From contig NZ_PGGB02000006.1 of assembly GCF_002803295.2 (NCBI RefSeq), positions 196 through 32,195 of the forward strand: a stretch of DNA of 32,000 nt. The letters run 5' to 3'. The stretch comes from Caedibacter taeniospiralis. Its GTDB lineage: Bacteria > Pseudomonadota > Gammaproteobacteria > Francisellales > Francisellaceae. Every line of letters begins with the position of its first letter. Position 1 is the first letter of the stretch. Below the pieces are notes generated by a model. That model had not been told where the DNA came from, did no database searches, and was given only the letters and a program-made list of their open reading frames with translations. Below are positions 10,655-20,559 of the stretch, piece after piece. The position numbers and the translations under genes are program-made.

Positions 10655-11149
10655 TCATTTTTTAGGTGAAATATTTTTCGCCCCCATGCTTATCACAATC
10701 AAAATTATAGCACCAATGCAAATGGCAGAGTCAGCGATATTAAACGCTGGCCAGTGATAATTATTGAGATGAAAATCCAGGAAGTCGATGACGTAGCCAT
10801 GAAGCATGCGGTCATATACATTACCCAGCGCGCCACCTAAAATAAGTGCCAAAGCACAGGCAGTCAGGTTCTTGTTTTTCGGTAGTTTAGTAAGCCAGAT
10901 TAAAATGACCACGGCGACAACGATGGCAATACCTGAGAGTAACACGACCTGCCATGTCGTATCAGCATTGCTTAAAAAGCTAAATGCCGCACCATAATTA
11001 TGCAAAAGGGTTAAATTAAAAAACGGCAATATTTCAACAGGTTTGGCATAGTTTAATGAGGCAGAGGCAAAATATTTGCTGCCAAGATCAATGATTATGA
11101 CAACGATACTCAAGAGCACCCACCGCAATTGATTATTATGCAAACTCAC
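10655..11149 (-). CDS. lspA: Lipoprotein signal peptidase (signal peptidase II)
   Basis: 'IDLGSKYFA...', '[16 protein letters not shown]', '[42 protein letters not shown]' carry the LspA catalytic motifs. The track ORF starts at 11284 inside ileS; a GTG at 11149 (overlapping the ileS 3' end by about 14 nt) is a more plausible start. Confidence 0.93.
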   Translation of the reverse strand: MSLHNNQLRWVLLSIVVIIIDLGSKYFASASLNYAKPVEILPFFNLTLLHNYGAAFSFLSNADTTWQVVLLSGIAIVVAVVILIWLTKLPKNKNLTACALALILGGALGNVYDRMLHGYVIDFLDFHLNNYHWPAFNIADSAICIGAIILIVISMGAKNISPKK

Positions 11150-13943
11150 GATGTTCTCCTTGTTCAGTGGTGATATTTTCAACGCAGCGCTCACAAATAT
11201 CAGGGTATTCACTATTTGAGCCAATATCTTCACGGCGGTGCCAGCAGCGTTCACATTTGGCGGCTTCGGATTTTTCAACCACAATGCTTAAGCCTTTGAT
11301 TTCAGTGTCTATAGCAGCCGTGGTTTTTTGTGACAGCGGACAAAGATTGACGTTTGAAACGATCAAAGCAAAGCGCAGTTCATCTTTGAGTTTGGCTAGT
11401 TGCGCATAAAGTTTCTCATCGGCAAATACGCTGACATTTGCCTCTAACGATGCTCCTAAAACACCTTCAGCGCGCCTAAGCTCAAGGAGTTTGTTGCACT
11501 CAGTGCGCACATCTTGAATCATTTGCCAGTAAGCAAGATTAAGGGGATTGGAGTCTCTCAATTGAGATAACCCTTGATACCACTCACAAGTTACAAATTG
11601 AGGTTTGTTGCCAGGAATGGCTGCATAAATTTCATCCGCGGTAAAGCAAAGAATCGGGGACATCCAGCGCACCAGCGCATGGATAATATGATACATTGCC
11701 GTTTGCGCAGATTTTCGTGCAAGACCATTAGCCTTGGCAGTATATTGACGATCTTTAATAACATCCAGATAAAAACTACCCATATCAATGGAGCAAAAAT
11801 GATGAATCTGTTGCGCAACAACGTGGAAATTATACTCATCATAGGCAGCGATAACTTTTTGTTGGACTTCATATGCGTTAGCAATTGCCCATTGATCCAG
11901 TGCCACTAATTGATCAAATGCCAGCGAATCTGTTTCTGGATCAAAGCCGTCAAGGTTTGCTAACAGAAAACGCGCGGTATTACGTAATCTCCTGTACGTA
12001 TCGGCATTACGTTTTAGAATCTCATCAGAAACCGTCATTTCGGTGCGATAGTCAGTCGCGGCTACCCACAATCTTAGAATATCCGCACCCAAAGTATTAA
12101 CGACATCTTGTGGAGAGACGACATTCCCTAAGGATTTAGACATTTTTTTGCCATGCGCATCAACCGTAAACCCATGGGTTAATACCTGCTTAAAAGGGGC
12201 TTGATCGCAACGCGCAAGACTCGTAAGCAGTGAAGTTTGAAACCAGCCACGATGCTGATCTGAGCCTTCTAAATATAAATCAGCGGGAAAGCGTAGATCT
12301 TTGTTATGCTCGAGTACACAGGCATTGGATGTGCCTGAGTCAAACCATACATCTAAGGTATCGGTAACGCGCTGATACTCAGGTGTTTCACTAATAAACT
12401 GACTATCATCAGCATCAAACCAGGCTTCAACTCCACCCTTTTCAATTGCAAGGGCCACTTTCTCGATAATAGCCTCGGTCTTAGGATGTAATTCCTCTGT
12501 TTCCTTATGGATAAACAATGGAATTGGCACCCCCCAGGTACGCTGACGCGAGATACACCAATCAGGGCGACCCTGCATCATCGCTTCAATGCGATTTTGC
12601 CCCCAGCTTGGCACCCATTTAACCTCTTTGATGGTTTCCTCGGCACGCGTACGCAAATGATTGTTTTCCATGCTGATAAACCACTGCGGTGTTGCACGAA
12701 AAATAAGAGGGGTTTTATGGCGCCAGCAGTGTGGATAACTATGTTCTAGTTTATGTAGATTAAGCAGGGCATTCTTTTCTTTAAGCACTTCAACGACGTG
12801 GTCATTTGCCTTAAAGACAAATTCACCTGCAAATAGTTCGGTATTATCGTGGTAGCAACCCTGATTGTTAACTGGGTTATCAATGGGTAAAGCATGCAAT
12901 TTACCTAGAGCAAAATCCTCAACCCCGTGCGCAGGTGCGGTGTGTACCAATCCCGTACCCGAGTCAACCGTCACATGATCACCATGCAACACTGGCACGA
13001 TGCGATTGTAAAATGGGTGATGCACTTGCAATTGTGTCAGCTCATCACCAGAAACGCTGGCAAGAATATGATATTCATCAATGTTCGCGCGCTTCATCAG
13101 GGCTTCCACTAGCTCGGTGGCAACAATAATATATTGATCCTTGTGAAAATTGACAACGGCATAGCTTATTTCGTTATGCACGGCAATCGCCTGGTTGGCA
13201 GGTAGTGTCCATGGTGTCGTTGTCCAGATAACTGCAGCAGTGTTATCAGATAAATGATCCAGACCAAAAGCTTCTGCCCATTTTTCAGGTTCGACAATGG
13301 GGAACTTGACATCAATCGCAGGGGAAACTTTATCTTTGTATTCTACTTCAGCCTCAGCCAATGCTGAGCCACACTCAGGGCACCAGTGCACTGGTTTGAA
13401 ACCCTTGGTTAAGTGTCCATTTTTAATAATGCTGCCAAGCGTTCTAACAATATTAGCTTCATAATCGAAGTTCATGGTTAAGTAAGGCTTATCCCAATCG
13501 CCCAGCACGCCTAGGCGTTTGAAGTCAACTGCTTGGCGTTCAACCTGCTTCTTAGCATAGTGACGACATTCTTTACGAAAGGCATTGGCATCAATTTTGA
13601 CCCCCGCTTTACCCACCTTTTTTTCCACTTGATGTTCGATTGGCAGACCATGACAATCCCAACCTGGCACATAGGGGGCATCAAACCCTGAAAGCGTTTT
13701 TGAGCGCACGACCATGTCTTTTAAAATCTTGTTGACCGCATGCCCTACGTGAATATCTCCATTGGCATAAGGAGGTCCATCATGCAGAATGAATTTTTCA
13801 CGTCCTGAGAAATGCTGACGAATTTTTTGATAAACCCCTTCATCTTCCCACTGTTTTAAGCGTAGTGGTTCCCTTTGCGCTAAATTTGCCTTCATTGCGA
13901 AGGATGTTTTAGGCAAGTTTAAAGTGCTTTTATAGTCTGCCAT
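11136..13943 (-). CDS. ileS: Isoleucine--tRNA ligase
   Basis: '[23 protein letters not shown]' (HIGH), '[18 protein letters not shown]' (KMSKS), '[13 protein letters not shown]', and a C-terminal zinc motif 'CERCWHRR...CERC'. Confidence 0.97.
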   Translation of the reverse strand: MADYKSTLNLPKTSFAMKANLAQREPLRLKQWEDEGVYQKIRQHFSGREKFILHDGPPYANGDIHVGHAVNKILKDMVVRSKTLSGFDAPYVPGWDCHGLPIEHQVEKKVGKAGVKIDANAFRKECRHYAKKQVERQAVDFKRLGVLGDWDKPYLTMNFDYEANIVRTLGSIIKNGHLTKGFKPVHWCPECGSALAEAEVEYKDKVSPAIDVKFPIVEPEKWAEAFGLDHLSDNTAAVIWTTTPWTLPANQAIAVHNEISYAVVNFHKDQYIIVATELVEALMKRANIDEYHILASVSGDELTQLQVHHPFYNRIVPVLHGDHVTVDSGTGLVHTAPAHGVEDFALGKLHALPIDNPVNNQGCYHDNTELFAGEFVFKANDHVVEVLKEKNALLNLHKLEHSYPHCWRHKTPLIFRATPQWFISMENNHLRTRAEETIKEVKWVPSWGQNRIEAMMQGRPDWCISRQRTWGVPIPLFIHKETEELHPKTEAIIEKVALAIEKGGVEAWFDADDSQFISETPEYQRVTDTLDVWFDSGTSNACVLEHNKDLRFPADLYLEGSDQHRGWFQTSLLTSLARCDQAPFKQVLTHGFTVDAHGKKMSKSLGNVVSPQDVVNTLGADILRLWVAATDYRTEMTVSDEILKRNADTYRRLRNTARFLLANLDGFDPETDSLAFDQLVALDQWAIANAYEVQQKVIAAYDEYNFHVVAQQIHHFCSIDMGSFYLDVIKDRQYTAKANGLARKSAQTAMYHIIHALVRWMSPILCFTADEIYAAIPGNKPQFVTCEWYQGLSQLRDSNPLNLAYWQMIQDVRTECNKLLELRRAEGVLGASLEANVSVFADEKLYAQLAKLKDELRFALIVSNVNLCPLSQKTTAAIDTEIKGLSIVVEKSEAAKCERCWHRREDIGSNSEYPDICERCVENITTEQGEHREFA

Positions 13944-13945
13944 AT

Positions 13946-14899
13946 CTAAACCTTTTCATTGATTGCTAACCTGTGTTGTTCCAGCCAGTCAAGTGCGACC
14001 TGTTTGTCTTTCACAATCTGCTCTTTTAGTGCATCCAAGCTTGAAAACTTCTGTTCACTGCGTACAAAATGCAAGAACTCAATCGTAACATATTGCCCAT
14101 ATAAGTCATGCGCAAAACTGAAAATATGTATTTCTAAGAGCCTTATTTTGCCGCATACGGTGGGACGCACGCCAATATTGGCAACGCCACGATAAACTTT
14201 GTCTTTAATATGGACGTTGACAACATAAACCCCTGACGCAGCAACCTGTGTTGGCATCGGGATGTTGATGGTTGGAAAGCCAATTTTACGACCATTTTGA
14301 TCACCGTGATGAACGCGCCCACTTAAGGTATACGCTCGACCAAGAAACGCTTTGACTTCGTTAAATTTTCCTCTGCCAATTAATTCACGAATATAGCTGC
14401 TACTAATGCGCGTTCCCAAAAGCGTGTAAGAAGGCAAACTCTCAACACTGAACCCATGTTGCTTACCCAGTGCCTGCAAAAGCGTAAAATCACCCTCACG
14501 CTTATAACCAAAGCGAAAATCATCACCAATAATAACATGGATTGCATTAAGCCCATCAACAAGGATTTGTTTAACAAAGGCTTCTGGGCTTAAGCTCGCT
14601 AGTTTTTGATTGAACTGAAGGCATAAAACCTGGTCGACATCGAGTATCTTAAGCGCCTGGATTTTATCGCGAAAGGGTGTGATACGCAGGGGTGCTTGAT
14701 CTTTTAAAAAAAACTCTTTGGGTTGCGGCTCAAAGCACACGACACAGGTTCGCGCTCTTTGCGTCTGTGCTAATCGCTGCATATGATGGATAATCTGGCG
14801 ATGTCCCAGGTGCATGCCATCAAAATTTCCAATGGTGACGATGCTTGGGGTGTTGTGATGTTTAATATGGTTTAAATCTGCAAGTCGTAACAGTTGCAT
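13946..14899 (-). CDS. ribF: Bifunctional riboflavin kinase/FAD synthetase
   Basis: '[17 protein letters not shown]', '[16 protein letters not shown]', '[13 protein letters not shown]', '[13 protein letters not shown]', '[11 protein letters not shown]'; conserved ribF-ileS-lspA order. Confidence 0.95.
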   Translation of the reverse strand: MQLLRLADLNHIKHHNTPSIVTIGNFDGMHLGHRQIIHHMQRLAQTQRARTCVVCFEPQPKEFFLKDQAPLRITPFRDKIQALKILDVDQVLCLQFNQKLASLSPEAFVKQILVDGLNAIHVIIGDDFRFGYKREGDFTLLQALGKQHGFSVESLPSYTLLGTRISSSYIRELIGRGKFNEVKAFLGRAYTLSGRVHHGDQNGRKIGFPTINIPMPTQVAASGVYVVNVHIKDKVYRGVANIGVRPTVCGKIRLLEIHIFSFAHDLYGQYVTIEFLHFVRSEQKFSSLDALKEQIVKDKQVALDWLEQHRLAINEKV

Positions 14900-15060
14900 G
14901 TGTGTGGTATGCCTGCTTATTACCCCTAATATTTTTTGGGGGGTGATTGAAACTGCTGGGCATTATATCAGTTAAGAATGATTTTGCAGTACTTATTCAC
15001 TACACACATCCAGGATGCTGTATAATCTAGCGGGCTTGATTTTCTAAGAGGTTTAACGAT

Positions 15061-15795
15061 ATGTATTTTGCAAAATATGATCAAATGAAAGAAAAGCTTG
15101 ATAGCTATCGACCTTTATCTTATGAATTGCTCCATAATTTGCATGAAAATTTGATTTTAGACTGGACGTATCACTCTAATGCTATTGAGGGCAATACGCT
15201 AACGCTAAAAGAGACGAGAATTGCTCTTGAAGGTATTACGGTTGGTGGCAAAACCTTGAGAGAGCATTTTGAAGCAATAAATCATAAAGATGCCATTTTA
15301 TATGTTGAAGGCTTGGTGTCTCAAGTTGAACCCATTACCGAATGGGTGATTAAATCGATACATCAATTGATATTAAAAAACATCGATGATAGTAATGCAG
15401 GAAAATATCGCACAATCAATGTCAAAATTATGGGCGCTAAACACATTCCCCCTGAGTACATTCATTTGCCACAATTAATGCAAGAGTTAATTGCAAGCCA
15501 TGAATCATGGTGTAGTTTGCATCCTATAGAAAGAGCAGCAAGATTGCATGGTGAGTTTGTTAAAATTCATCCCTTTGTAGATGGTAATGGAAGAACGAGC
15601 AGGCTTTTGATGAATCTGGTTTTGATGCAAAACGGTTATCCTGCGGTTGTGCTGCCTGTTGAGAAAAGACTGGAATATTATCATGCGCTGGATAAAGCAC
15701 ATATGACAAATGATTATGATGATTTTATTGACTTGTTGTGCGCCATTGTGGAGGAGTCCTTTAAAACCTACTGGTTTGCTTTAGGCGTGAAATAG
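15061..15795 (+). CDS. Fic family protein (single Fic domain)
   Basis: Canonical Fic motif 'HPFVDGNGRTSR' and N-terminal inhibitory-helix-like motif 'SNAIEGNTLT' ([S/T]xxxEGN). Confidence 0.92.
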   Translation: MYFAKYDQMKEKLDSYRPLSYELLHNLHENLILDWTYHSNAIEGNTLTLKETRIALEGITVGGKTLREHFEAINHKDAILYVEGLVSQVEPITEWVIKSIHQLILKNIDDSNAGKYRTINVKIMGAKHIPPEYIHLPQLMQELIASHESWCSLHPIERAARLHGEFVKIHPFVDGNGRTSRLLMNLVLMQNGYPAVVLPVEKRLEYYHALDKAHMTNDYDDFIDLLCAIVEESFKTYWFALGVK

Positions 15796-15812
15796 TGGCG
15801 CGTAACACCGAG

Positions 15813-16040
15813 CTATGCTTCTACTGCAATGCAAATAAGCACTTCGTCGGATTGAATAGAAGCCAGTGGTTCTTTGACATATTTGACCTTGCCAGAGATA
15901 AGCTGGCAACGGCAAGTACCACAAACCCCATTGCGACACTGAAAGTTTGCGGCAATGCCTTCATTTTCCAAGGCTTCTAATATTGTTAAATCTGTATCCT
16001 CAACCTGAATGATTTGGTCATTAAGGTAAATGGCAAGCAT
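15813..16040 (-). CDS. yfaE: 2Fe-2S ferredoxin-like protein, YfaE-type (class Ia RNR maintenance)
   Basis: 'CRNGVCGTCRCQLISGKV...LICIAVEA' plant-type 2Fe-2S ligand pattern; located downstream of nrdAB on the same strand. The start is placed at MLAIYLND (16040) rather than the track start at 16106. Confidence 0.8.
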   Translation of the reverse strand: MLAIYLNDQIIQVEDTDLTILEALENEGIAANFQCRNGVCGTCRCQLISGKVKYVKEPLASIQSDEVLICIAVEA

Positions 16041-16074
16041 TGTTAGTGATCTCCAACTTATTAACGCACTTGGT

Positions 16075-16159
16075 GTAGGGTGGATAAACGAAAGCGCGTC
16101 CACCAATACTCAACCTGTTTGTTTTTCCGCGTGGATGCGCTTTCGCTTATCCACCCTAC
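16075..16159. repeat. Long imperfect inverted repeat (REP-like palindrome)
   Basis: Left arm 16075-16104 'gtagggtggataaacgaaagcgcgtccacc'; right arm 16131-16159 'gtggatgcgctttcgcttatccaccctac', complementary with about 2 mismatches. Confidence 0.9.
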
Positions 16160-16210
16160 TACTTTCATAACAAAACAGAATCTTGGGGTTGACCATATTT
16201 CTTCCCACAA

Positions 16211-16269
16211 GGGCGTATTCAATACGCCCCTACGATTGTTTAAACGAAAAATGGGCTGAAATTCTGTCA
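16211..16269 (-). repeat. Dispersed intergenic repeat, copy A
   Basis: Contains the palindrome 'gggcgtatt-c-aatacgccc' (16211-16229). Its reverse complement 'tgacagaatttcagcccatttttcgtttaaacaatcgtaggggcgtattgaatacgccc' aligns to 20401-20457. Confidence 0.8.
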
Positions 16270-16297
16270 AAGCCAGGATTTTTAAATTTGAGCTCCC

Positions 16298-17449
16298 CTA
16301 CAGCTCAAAACCACTAAAAGCATTGTCTGAAACGTTACTGTCAATTTGACCGACAAGATAGGAGCTGATTTCGGTTTCTTGTGGCGCGACCTGGACATTG
16401 TCTGAGTTAAGATAGTGATTAATCCAGGGAATGGGATTATTTTTGGGTGCATTAATATCATGGGTCTCAAGACCTACAGCCTGCATGCGCTCTTTGGCTA
16501 AATAGTCGATGTATTGGCAAAGGATCTGTTCATTAAGTCCCAGGATTGAACCATGAGCAAAGAGGTATTTCGCCCAGGCTTTTTCCTGCAATATGGTCTC
16601 TTTAAAAATGGCTTCTGCTTCAACTTGTGAATGGCAGGCGATTTCACTTAATTCTGTATCACCATCTTTACCCGACAAGATAATATTAATCATATGCTGG
16701 GTGCTGGTTAGGTGGATGGATTCATCACGGGCAATAAGCTTCATGATTTTGCCACAGCCTTCCAGTTTTTTTTGCTCAGAAAAAGCAAAGGTGCAGGCAA
16801 AACTGACATAAAAGCGAATAGCCTCAAGTGCATTTACGGCATGGAGTGCAAGATACAGTCCTTTTTTAACGGTTTGTTCACTTATCTCAATCGATTTTCC
16901 GTGAATGACGTAGTTCCCTACCCCTTGCGTTTGTAGAAGCTGCGTTTGCACAATCAGCTGATCATAATAGTAAGTAATATTCTGTGCACGTTTACGAATT
17001 TCGGTATTATCAACAATAGCATCAAAAACGGGAGTTGGATCATCCATCAACGATCTCACCATATGCGTATACGAACGGCTATGAATCGTCTCAAAAAAAC
17101 TCCAGGTTTCAATCCAGGTTTCAAGTTCAGGCAAAGACACCAAGGGTAGAAAAGCAATATTGGGACTTCGACCCTGGACCGAGTCCAGCAAAGTCTGGTA
17201 TTGCAGGTTGGATAAAAAAATATGACGTTCAATTTCGCTGAATTTTTGAAAATCAATACGATCTCGACTTAAATCTACTTCCTCTGGACGCCAAAAGAAA
17301 GACAACTGCTTTTCAATTAAGCGCTCAAAAATGGGATGTTTTTGCTGATCAAAGCGCGACACATTAACTGAGGCGCCAAAGAACATGGGTTCATAGAGTT
17401 GATGATTGGACTTCGTTTGAAAAGTTGAATAAGTATAATAGTTTGTCAT
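16298..17449 (-). CDS. nrdB: Ribonucleoside-diphosphate reductase, beta subunit (class Ia)
   Basis: '[43 protein letters not shown]', '[19 protein letters not shown]', '[15 protein letters not shown]': NrdB metal ligands and tyrosyl-radical region. Confidence 0.97.
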   Translation of the reverse strand: MTNYYTYSTFQTKSNHQLYEPMFFGASVNVSRFDQQKHPIFERLIEKQLSFFWRPEEVDLSRDRIDFQKFSEIERHIFLSNLQYQTLLDSVQGRSPNIAFLPLVSLPELETWIETWSFFETIHSRSYTHMVRSLMDDPTPVFDAIVDNTEIRKRAQNITYYYDQLIVQTQLLQTQGVGNYVIHGKSIEISEQTVKKGLYLALHAVNALEAIRFYVSFACTFAFSEQKKLEGCGKIMKLIARDESIHLTSTQHMINIILSGKDGDTELSEIACHSQVEAEAIFKETILQEKAWAKYLFAHGSILGLNEQILCQYIDYLAKERMQAVGLETHDINAPKNNPIPWINHYLNSDNVQVAPQETEISSYLVGQIDSNVSDNAFSGFEL

Positions 17450-17458
17450 GATAATACC

Positions 17459-19729
17459 TTAAATTTTACATGCGCCAGATTCGCATTCATCAGCTTCCAT
17501 GGCGTGAGATGCTTTTTGTTCAGAATGGTCGCGTGTATTGTGATAATAAAGGGTTTTTAAGCCATATTTATAAGCGATAAGAAGATCAGCCATCAAGGTT
17601 TGCATCGGAACCTTTTGCTCGCTAAAACGCACAGGATCATAGTTGGTGTTCGCTGAGATGGATTGATCGATGAATTTTTGGATAATCGCACAAATTTCTA
17701 AGTAACCACGATTATCGGGCATTTGCCATAAAAGCTCATACTGATTGCCTAAGCGCGTAATTTCAGGAACGACTTGCTTTAATACCCCATCTTTACTTTG
17801 TTTGATAGACACCAGTCCGCGGGGTGGCTCAATCCCATTGGTTGCATTAGCAATTTGCGAGGAGGTTTCAGAGGGCATAATGGCACTTAAAGTTGAGTTT
17901 CTAAGACCATATTGTTGAATATCCTTGCGTAGAGTTTCCCAGTCATGTTGCAAAGGGAAATGGGCAAATTCATCGATATTCTTCTTATAGTGATCAATCG
18001 GTAACAGACCTTGTGCGTAATTAGTCTCATGAAAATATGCACAAGCTGATTTCTCTTTGGCAAGGCGATTGGACGCGTTTAATAAATAATACTGAATTGC
18101 TTCAAAGGTCTGGTGTGTGAGTTTATTGGCGCTGCCATCACTGTATCTGACCTTGTTTTTTGCCAAATAGTAAGCGAAGTTAATGACACCAACGCCGAGA
18201 CTACGTCTGGCTTTAGCAGGGATTTCAGCCGCTTTTAGTGGATAGTTCTGATAATCCAACAAGTGATCAAGTGCGCTCACAATTAAAAACGTAAGATGCT
18301 TAAGCTCATCCAAAGAATCAATCGCCCCAAGATTAAAAGCCGAAAGCGTACACAAGGCAATCTCGCCTTCTTCATCAAAAATATGCTGAAGTGGCTTGGT
18401 GGGAAGTGTTATTTCCATGCACAGATTAGACTGCTTAATGGGGGCAAGTTTTGGGTTAAACGCGGAGTGGGTGTTACAATGGTCAACGTTTTGAATATAG
18501 ATTCGCCCCGTTTGCGCACGCTCTTGCATAAGTAAAGAAAAAAGCTCAGTCGCTTTAATCTTCTTCTTGCGAATCCGCGGATTGGCTTCACCAGCAATAT
18601 AAAGTCTTTCAAATTCCGCTTGATCAGCAAAAAACGCATCGTAAAGTCCAGGAACATCAGAAGGACTAAACAATGTGATCTCTTTTTGTTCAATCAAGCG
18701 CTGATACATCAGTTTATTGATTTGGACGCCATAATCCAAATGGCGGATACGATTGTCCTCAACGCCACGATTATTCTTAAGCACCAAAAGGGACTCCACT
18801 TCCAAATGCCAAAGTGGATAAAAAAGTGTCGCCGCTCCTCCACGCACACCTCCTTGAGAGCAGGACTTAACAGCGGTTTGGAAATATTTATAAAATGGGA
18901 TGCAACCCGTGTGTAGAGCTTCTCCACCTCTGATTTCACTTCCCAACGCGCGGATTTTGCCTGCATTAATCCCAATGCCTGCGCGTTGTGAGACGTATTT
19001 GACAATGGCAGATGCCGAGGCATTAATCGAGTCCAGGCTATCATCGGTATCAATTAACACACATGAGCTAAATTGTCTGGTAGGAGTCCTGACCCCTGCC
19101 ATAATCGGGGTGGGCAGTGAAATTTTGAACTGACTAATAGCATCATAAAAATCAAGTACATATTGCAGGCGAGTTGATCTCTCATGCTTGCTAAAAAGGC
19201 AGGCACTCACCAGCATATAAAGCATCTGTGGTGTTTCATAAATTTGACCCGTGACACGATTTTGCACCAGATATTTGCCTTGCATTTGATTCACCGCGGC
19301 GTAAGTGAAGTTCATATCGCGCCAATGATCGATATGCTTATTCATTAAATCAAACTCTTCATGCGTATAATCTTCAAGTAACTTGGCATCATACTTGTTA
19401 AGCTCAACAAGCTTTTTAACCTGATCATATAAATGAGGGGACTCAAATTGACCATAAGCCAGTTTTCGCAAATGAAAAATCGCCAAACGTGCTGCCATAT
19501 ATTGATAATCTGGTGTTTCCTCAGAAATTAAATCAGCCGCGGTTTTAATAATAATGGCTTGAATGTCGGATGTTTTCATGCCCTCATATAGCTGAATGTG
19601 AGATTGAAGTTCAACTTGTGAAACCGAAACATTTTCTAAACCTTCAGCAGCCCAGGTGATCACGCGGTGAATTTTATCCAGGTTGACAGGCTCTAGCTTG
19701 CCTGATCTTTTCATGACATTAACGTGCAT
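17459..19729 (-). CDS. nrdA: Ribonucleoside-diphosphate reductase, alpha subunit (class Ia)
   Basis: 'QFSSCVLIDTDDSLDSINASASAIVKYVSQRAGIGINAG', 'QSNLCMEITLPTKPL', 'ALCTLSAFNLGAI', 'NSTLSAIMPSETSSQIANATNGIEPPRG', and C-terminal Cys residues (ADECESGACKI). Confidence 0.97.
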   Translation of the reverse strand: MHVNVMKRSGKLEPVNLDKIHRVITWAAEGLENVSVSQVELQSHIQLYEGMKTSDIQAIIIKTAADLISEETPDYQYMAARLAIFHLRKLAYGQFESPHLYDQVKKLVELNKYDAKLLEDYTHEEFDLMNKHIDHWRDMNFTYAAVNQMQGKYLVQNRVTGQIYETPQMLYMLVSACLFSKHERSTRLQYVLDFYDAISQFKISLPTPIMAGVRTPTRQFSSCVLIDTDDSLDSINASASAIVKYVSQRAGIGINAGKIRALGSEIRGGEALHTGCIPFYKYFQTAVKSCSQGGVRGGAATLFYPLWHLEVESLLVLKNNRGVEDNRIRHLDYGVQINKLMYQRLIEQKEITLFSPSDVPGLYDAFFADQAEFERLYIAGEANPRIRKKKIKATELFSLLMQERAQTGRIYIQNVDHCNTHSAFNPKLAPIKQSNLCMEITLPTKPLQHIFDEEGEIALCTLSAFNLGAIDSLDELKHLTFLIVSALDHLLDYQNYPLKAAEIPAKARRSLGVGVINFAYYLAKNKVRYSDGSANKLTHQTFEAIQYYLLNASNRLAKEKSACAYFHETNYAQGLLPIDHYKKNIDEFAHFPLQHDWETLRKDIQQYGLRNSTLSAIMPSETSSQIANATNGIEPPRGLVSIKQSKDGVLKQVVPEITRLGNQYELLWQMPDNRGYLEICAIIQKFIDQSISANTNYDPVRFSEQKVPMQTLMADLLIAYKYGLKTLYYHNTRDHSEQKASHAMEADECESGACKI

Positions 19730-19803
19730 TCTTTCGTTTTCCCTTTGGTAGGTGGTGAGTAAAACAAAAGCAGCGTGGAAAATTTAAGGCACAGCTTCAT
19801 TTA

Positions 19804-19976
19804 CTGGATCTATGCACTTTTGCTGGCTTTCCGAAAATTCCCCTTCGTTAGCGAAGGGGGGTGAAAAGCGCCCGAAAGAAGCAAACAGTTTTGCTTCTTT
19901 AGCTTTGAACGCCACAAGCTCTGCGCGTGAAGCAGACGGGGTAGTCTTTAAAGCCAGCAAAAGTGCATAGATCCAG
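19804..19976. repeat. 173-bp element bounded by perfect 27-bp inverted repeats, with internal hairpins
   Basis: Left arm 19804-19830 'ctggatctatgcacttttgctggcttt'; right arm 19950-19976 'aaagccagcaaaagtgcatagatccag', an exact reverse complement. Inside: ccccttcg/cgaagggg (19840-19859) and aaagaagcaaa/tttgcttcttt (about 19875-19900). Confidence 0.85.
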
Positions 19977-20125
19977 CAAACAAAACGCTGTTAGTCAATG
20001 AACATACATTGACTCATGTGCTCGCTTTGTTCCACGAAAGCTTTTCACACAGTCAACTAATGGCAGATATTCGGGCTTATGGACACATTTAACACCTACT
20101 GGATACTGCTTCCCAATTGTTTGTC

Positions 20126-20262
20126 AATCAGTGCGTTTCTTGGCTAAATATCATTAAGCTCAAGTGTATCGTTCGTTTCCAATTACCGCTGCGGACCAGC
20201 TCTGGATTTACACCAGATTCCCTCTTGCGTTGCATTTTGAGTAAAACATATCAGCTCTGACC
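20126..20262 (-). promoter_or_regulatory. Cobalamin (B12) riboswitch candidate upstream of nrdA
   Basis: Minus strand reads 'GAGGGAATCTGGTGTAAATCCAGAGCTGGTCCGCAGCGGTAATTGG' (20179-20228), which matches the conserved cobalamin riboswitch core (GGGAAtccGGTGaaAATCCggaGCTGacCCGCAgCGGTAA). It is followed by B12-box-like 'GCCAAGAAACGCAC' (20131-20144). A possible closing helix is GGTCAG (20257-20262) with CTGATT (20126-20131). Confidence 0.85.
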
Positions 20263-20317
20263 ATCTTTCCGTCCACCATCACCCTGCACGAAGCCGCAGG
20301 GGTCATTTGGAAACTGG

Positions 20318-20364
20318 ATTCCCGCCTTCGCGCGCTTGACCCTCTAGAGTGGTCAAGCGGGAAT
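20318..20364. repeat. Palindromic intergenic repeat (attcccgc...gcgggaat type) with internal hairpin
   Basis: 'attcccgc' 20318-20325 pairs with 'gcgggaat' 20357-20364; inside, 'gcttgacc' 20334-20341 pairs with 'ggtcaagc' 20351-20358. Confidence 0.8.
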
Positions 20365-20400
20365 GACAGTGGGATGAAAATCTTGTCTAAGCCAACAAAT

Positions 20401-20472
20401 CTGACGGATTTCAGCCCATTTTTATTTGAACAAACGCAGGGGCGTATTGAACACACCATTAGGGCTGAAATC
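20401..20472 (+). repeat. Dispersed intergenic repeat, copy B
   Basis: 'ctgacggatttcagcccatttttatttgaacaaacgcaggggcgtattgaacacacc' matches copy A (16211-16269) in inverse orientation; bounded by gatttcagccc (20407-20417) and gggctgaaatc (20462-20472). Confidence 0.8.
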
Positions 20473-20559
20473 ACCATCAAAGTCAGTGAAGCAAAACACA
20501 AACCATTAGCAAATTACAAGCGATAGTGTATACGTTTTTAAACTTGCTTAGCAAGTCAT

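Noticed and set aside
11574-13129. Multiple ORFs on both strands within ileS (for example 11574..11909 and 12507..12749)
   Set aside because: Antisense or alternate-frame shadows of a full-length ileS.
14900-15060. Possible FMN riboswitch upstream of ribF
   Set aside because: The region lacks the conserved RFN core; only an AT-rich promoter-like spacer between divergent genes is visible.
18296-19133. ORFs antisense or out of frame within nrdA, up to 114 aa
   Set aside because: Fully embedded in conserved nrdA coding sequence with no independent start or RBS support.
20208-20501. 97-aa minus-strand ORF between nrdA and cca
   Set aside because: It is composed of intergenic repeat sequence and the 5' half of the riboswitch core (its last codons GNLV* are the GGGAATCTGGTGTAA riboswitch motif); not a credible protein.
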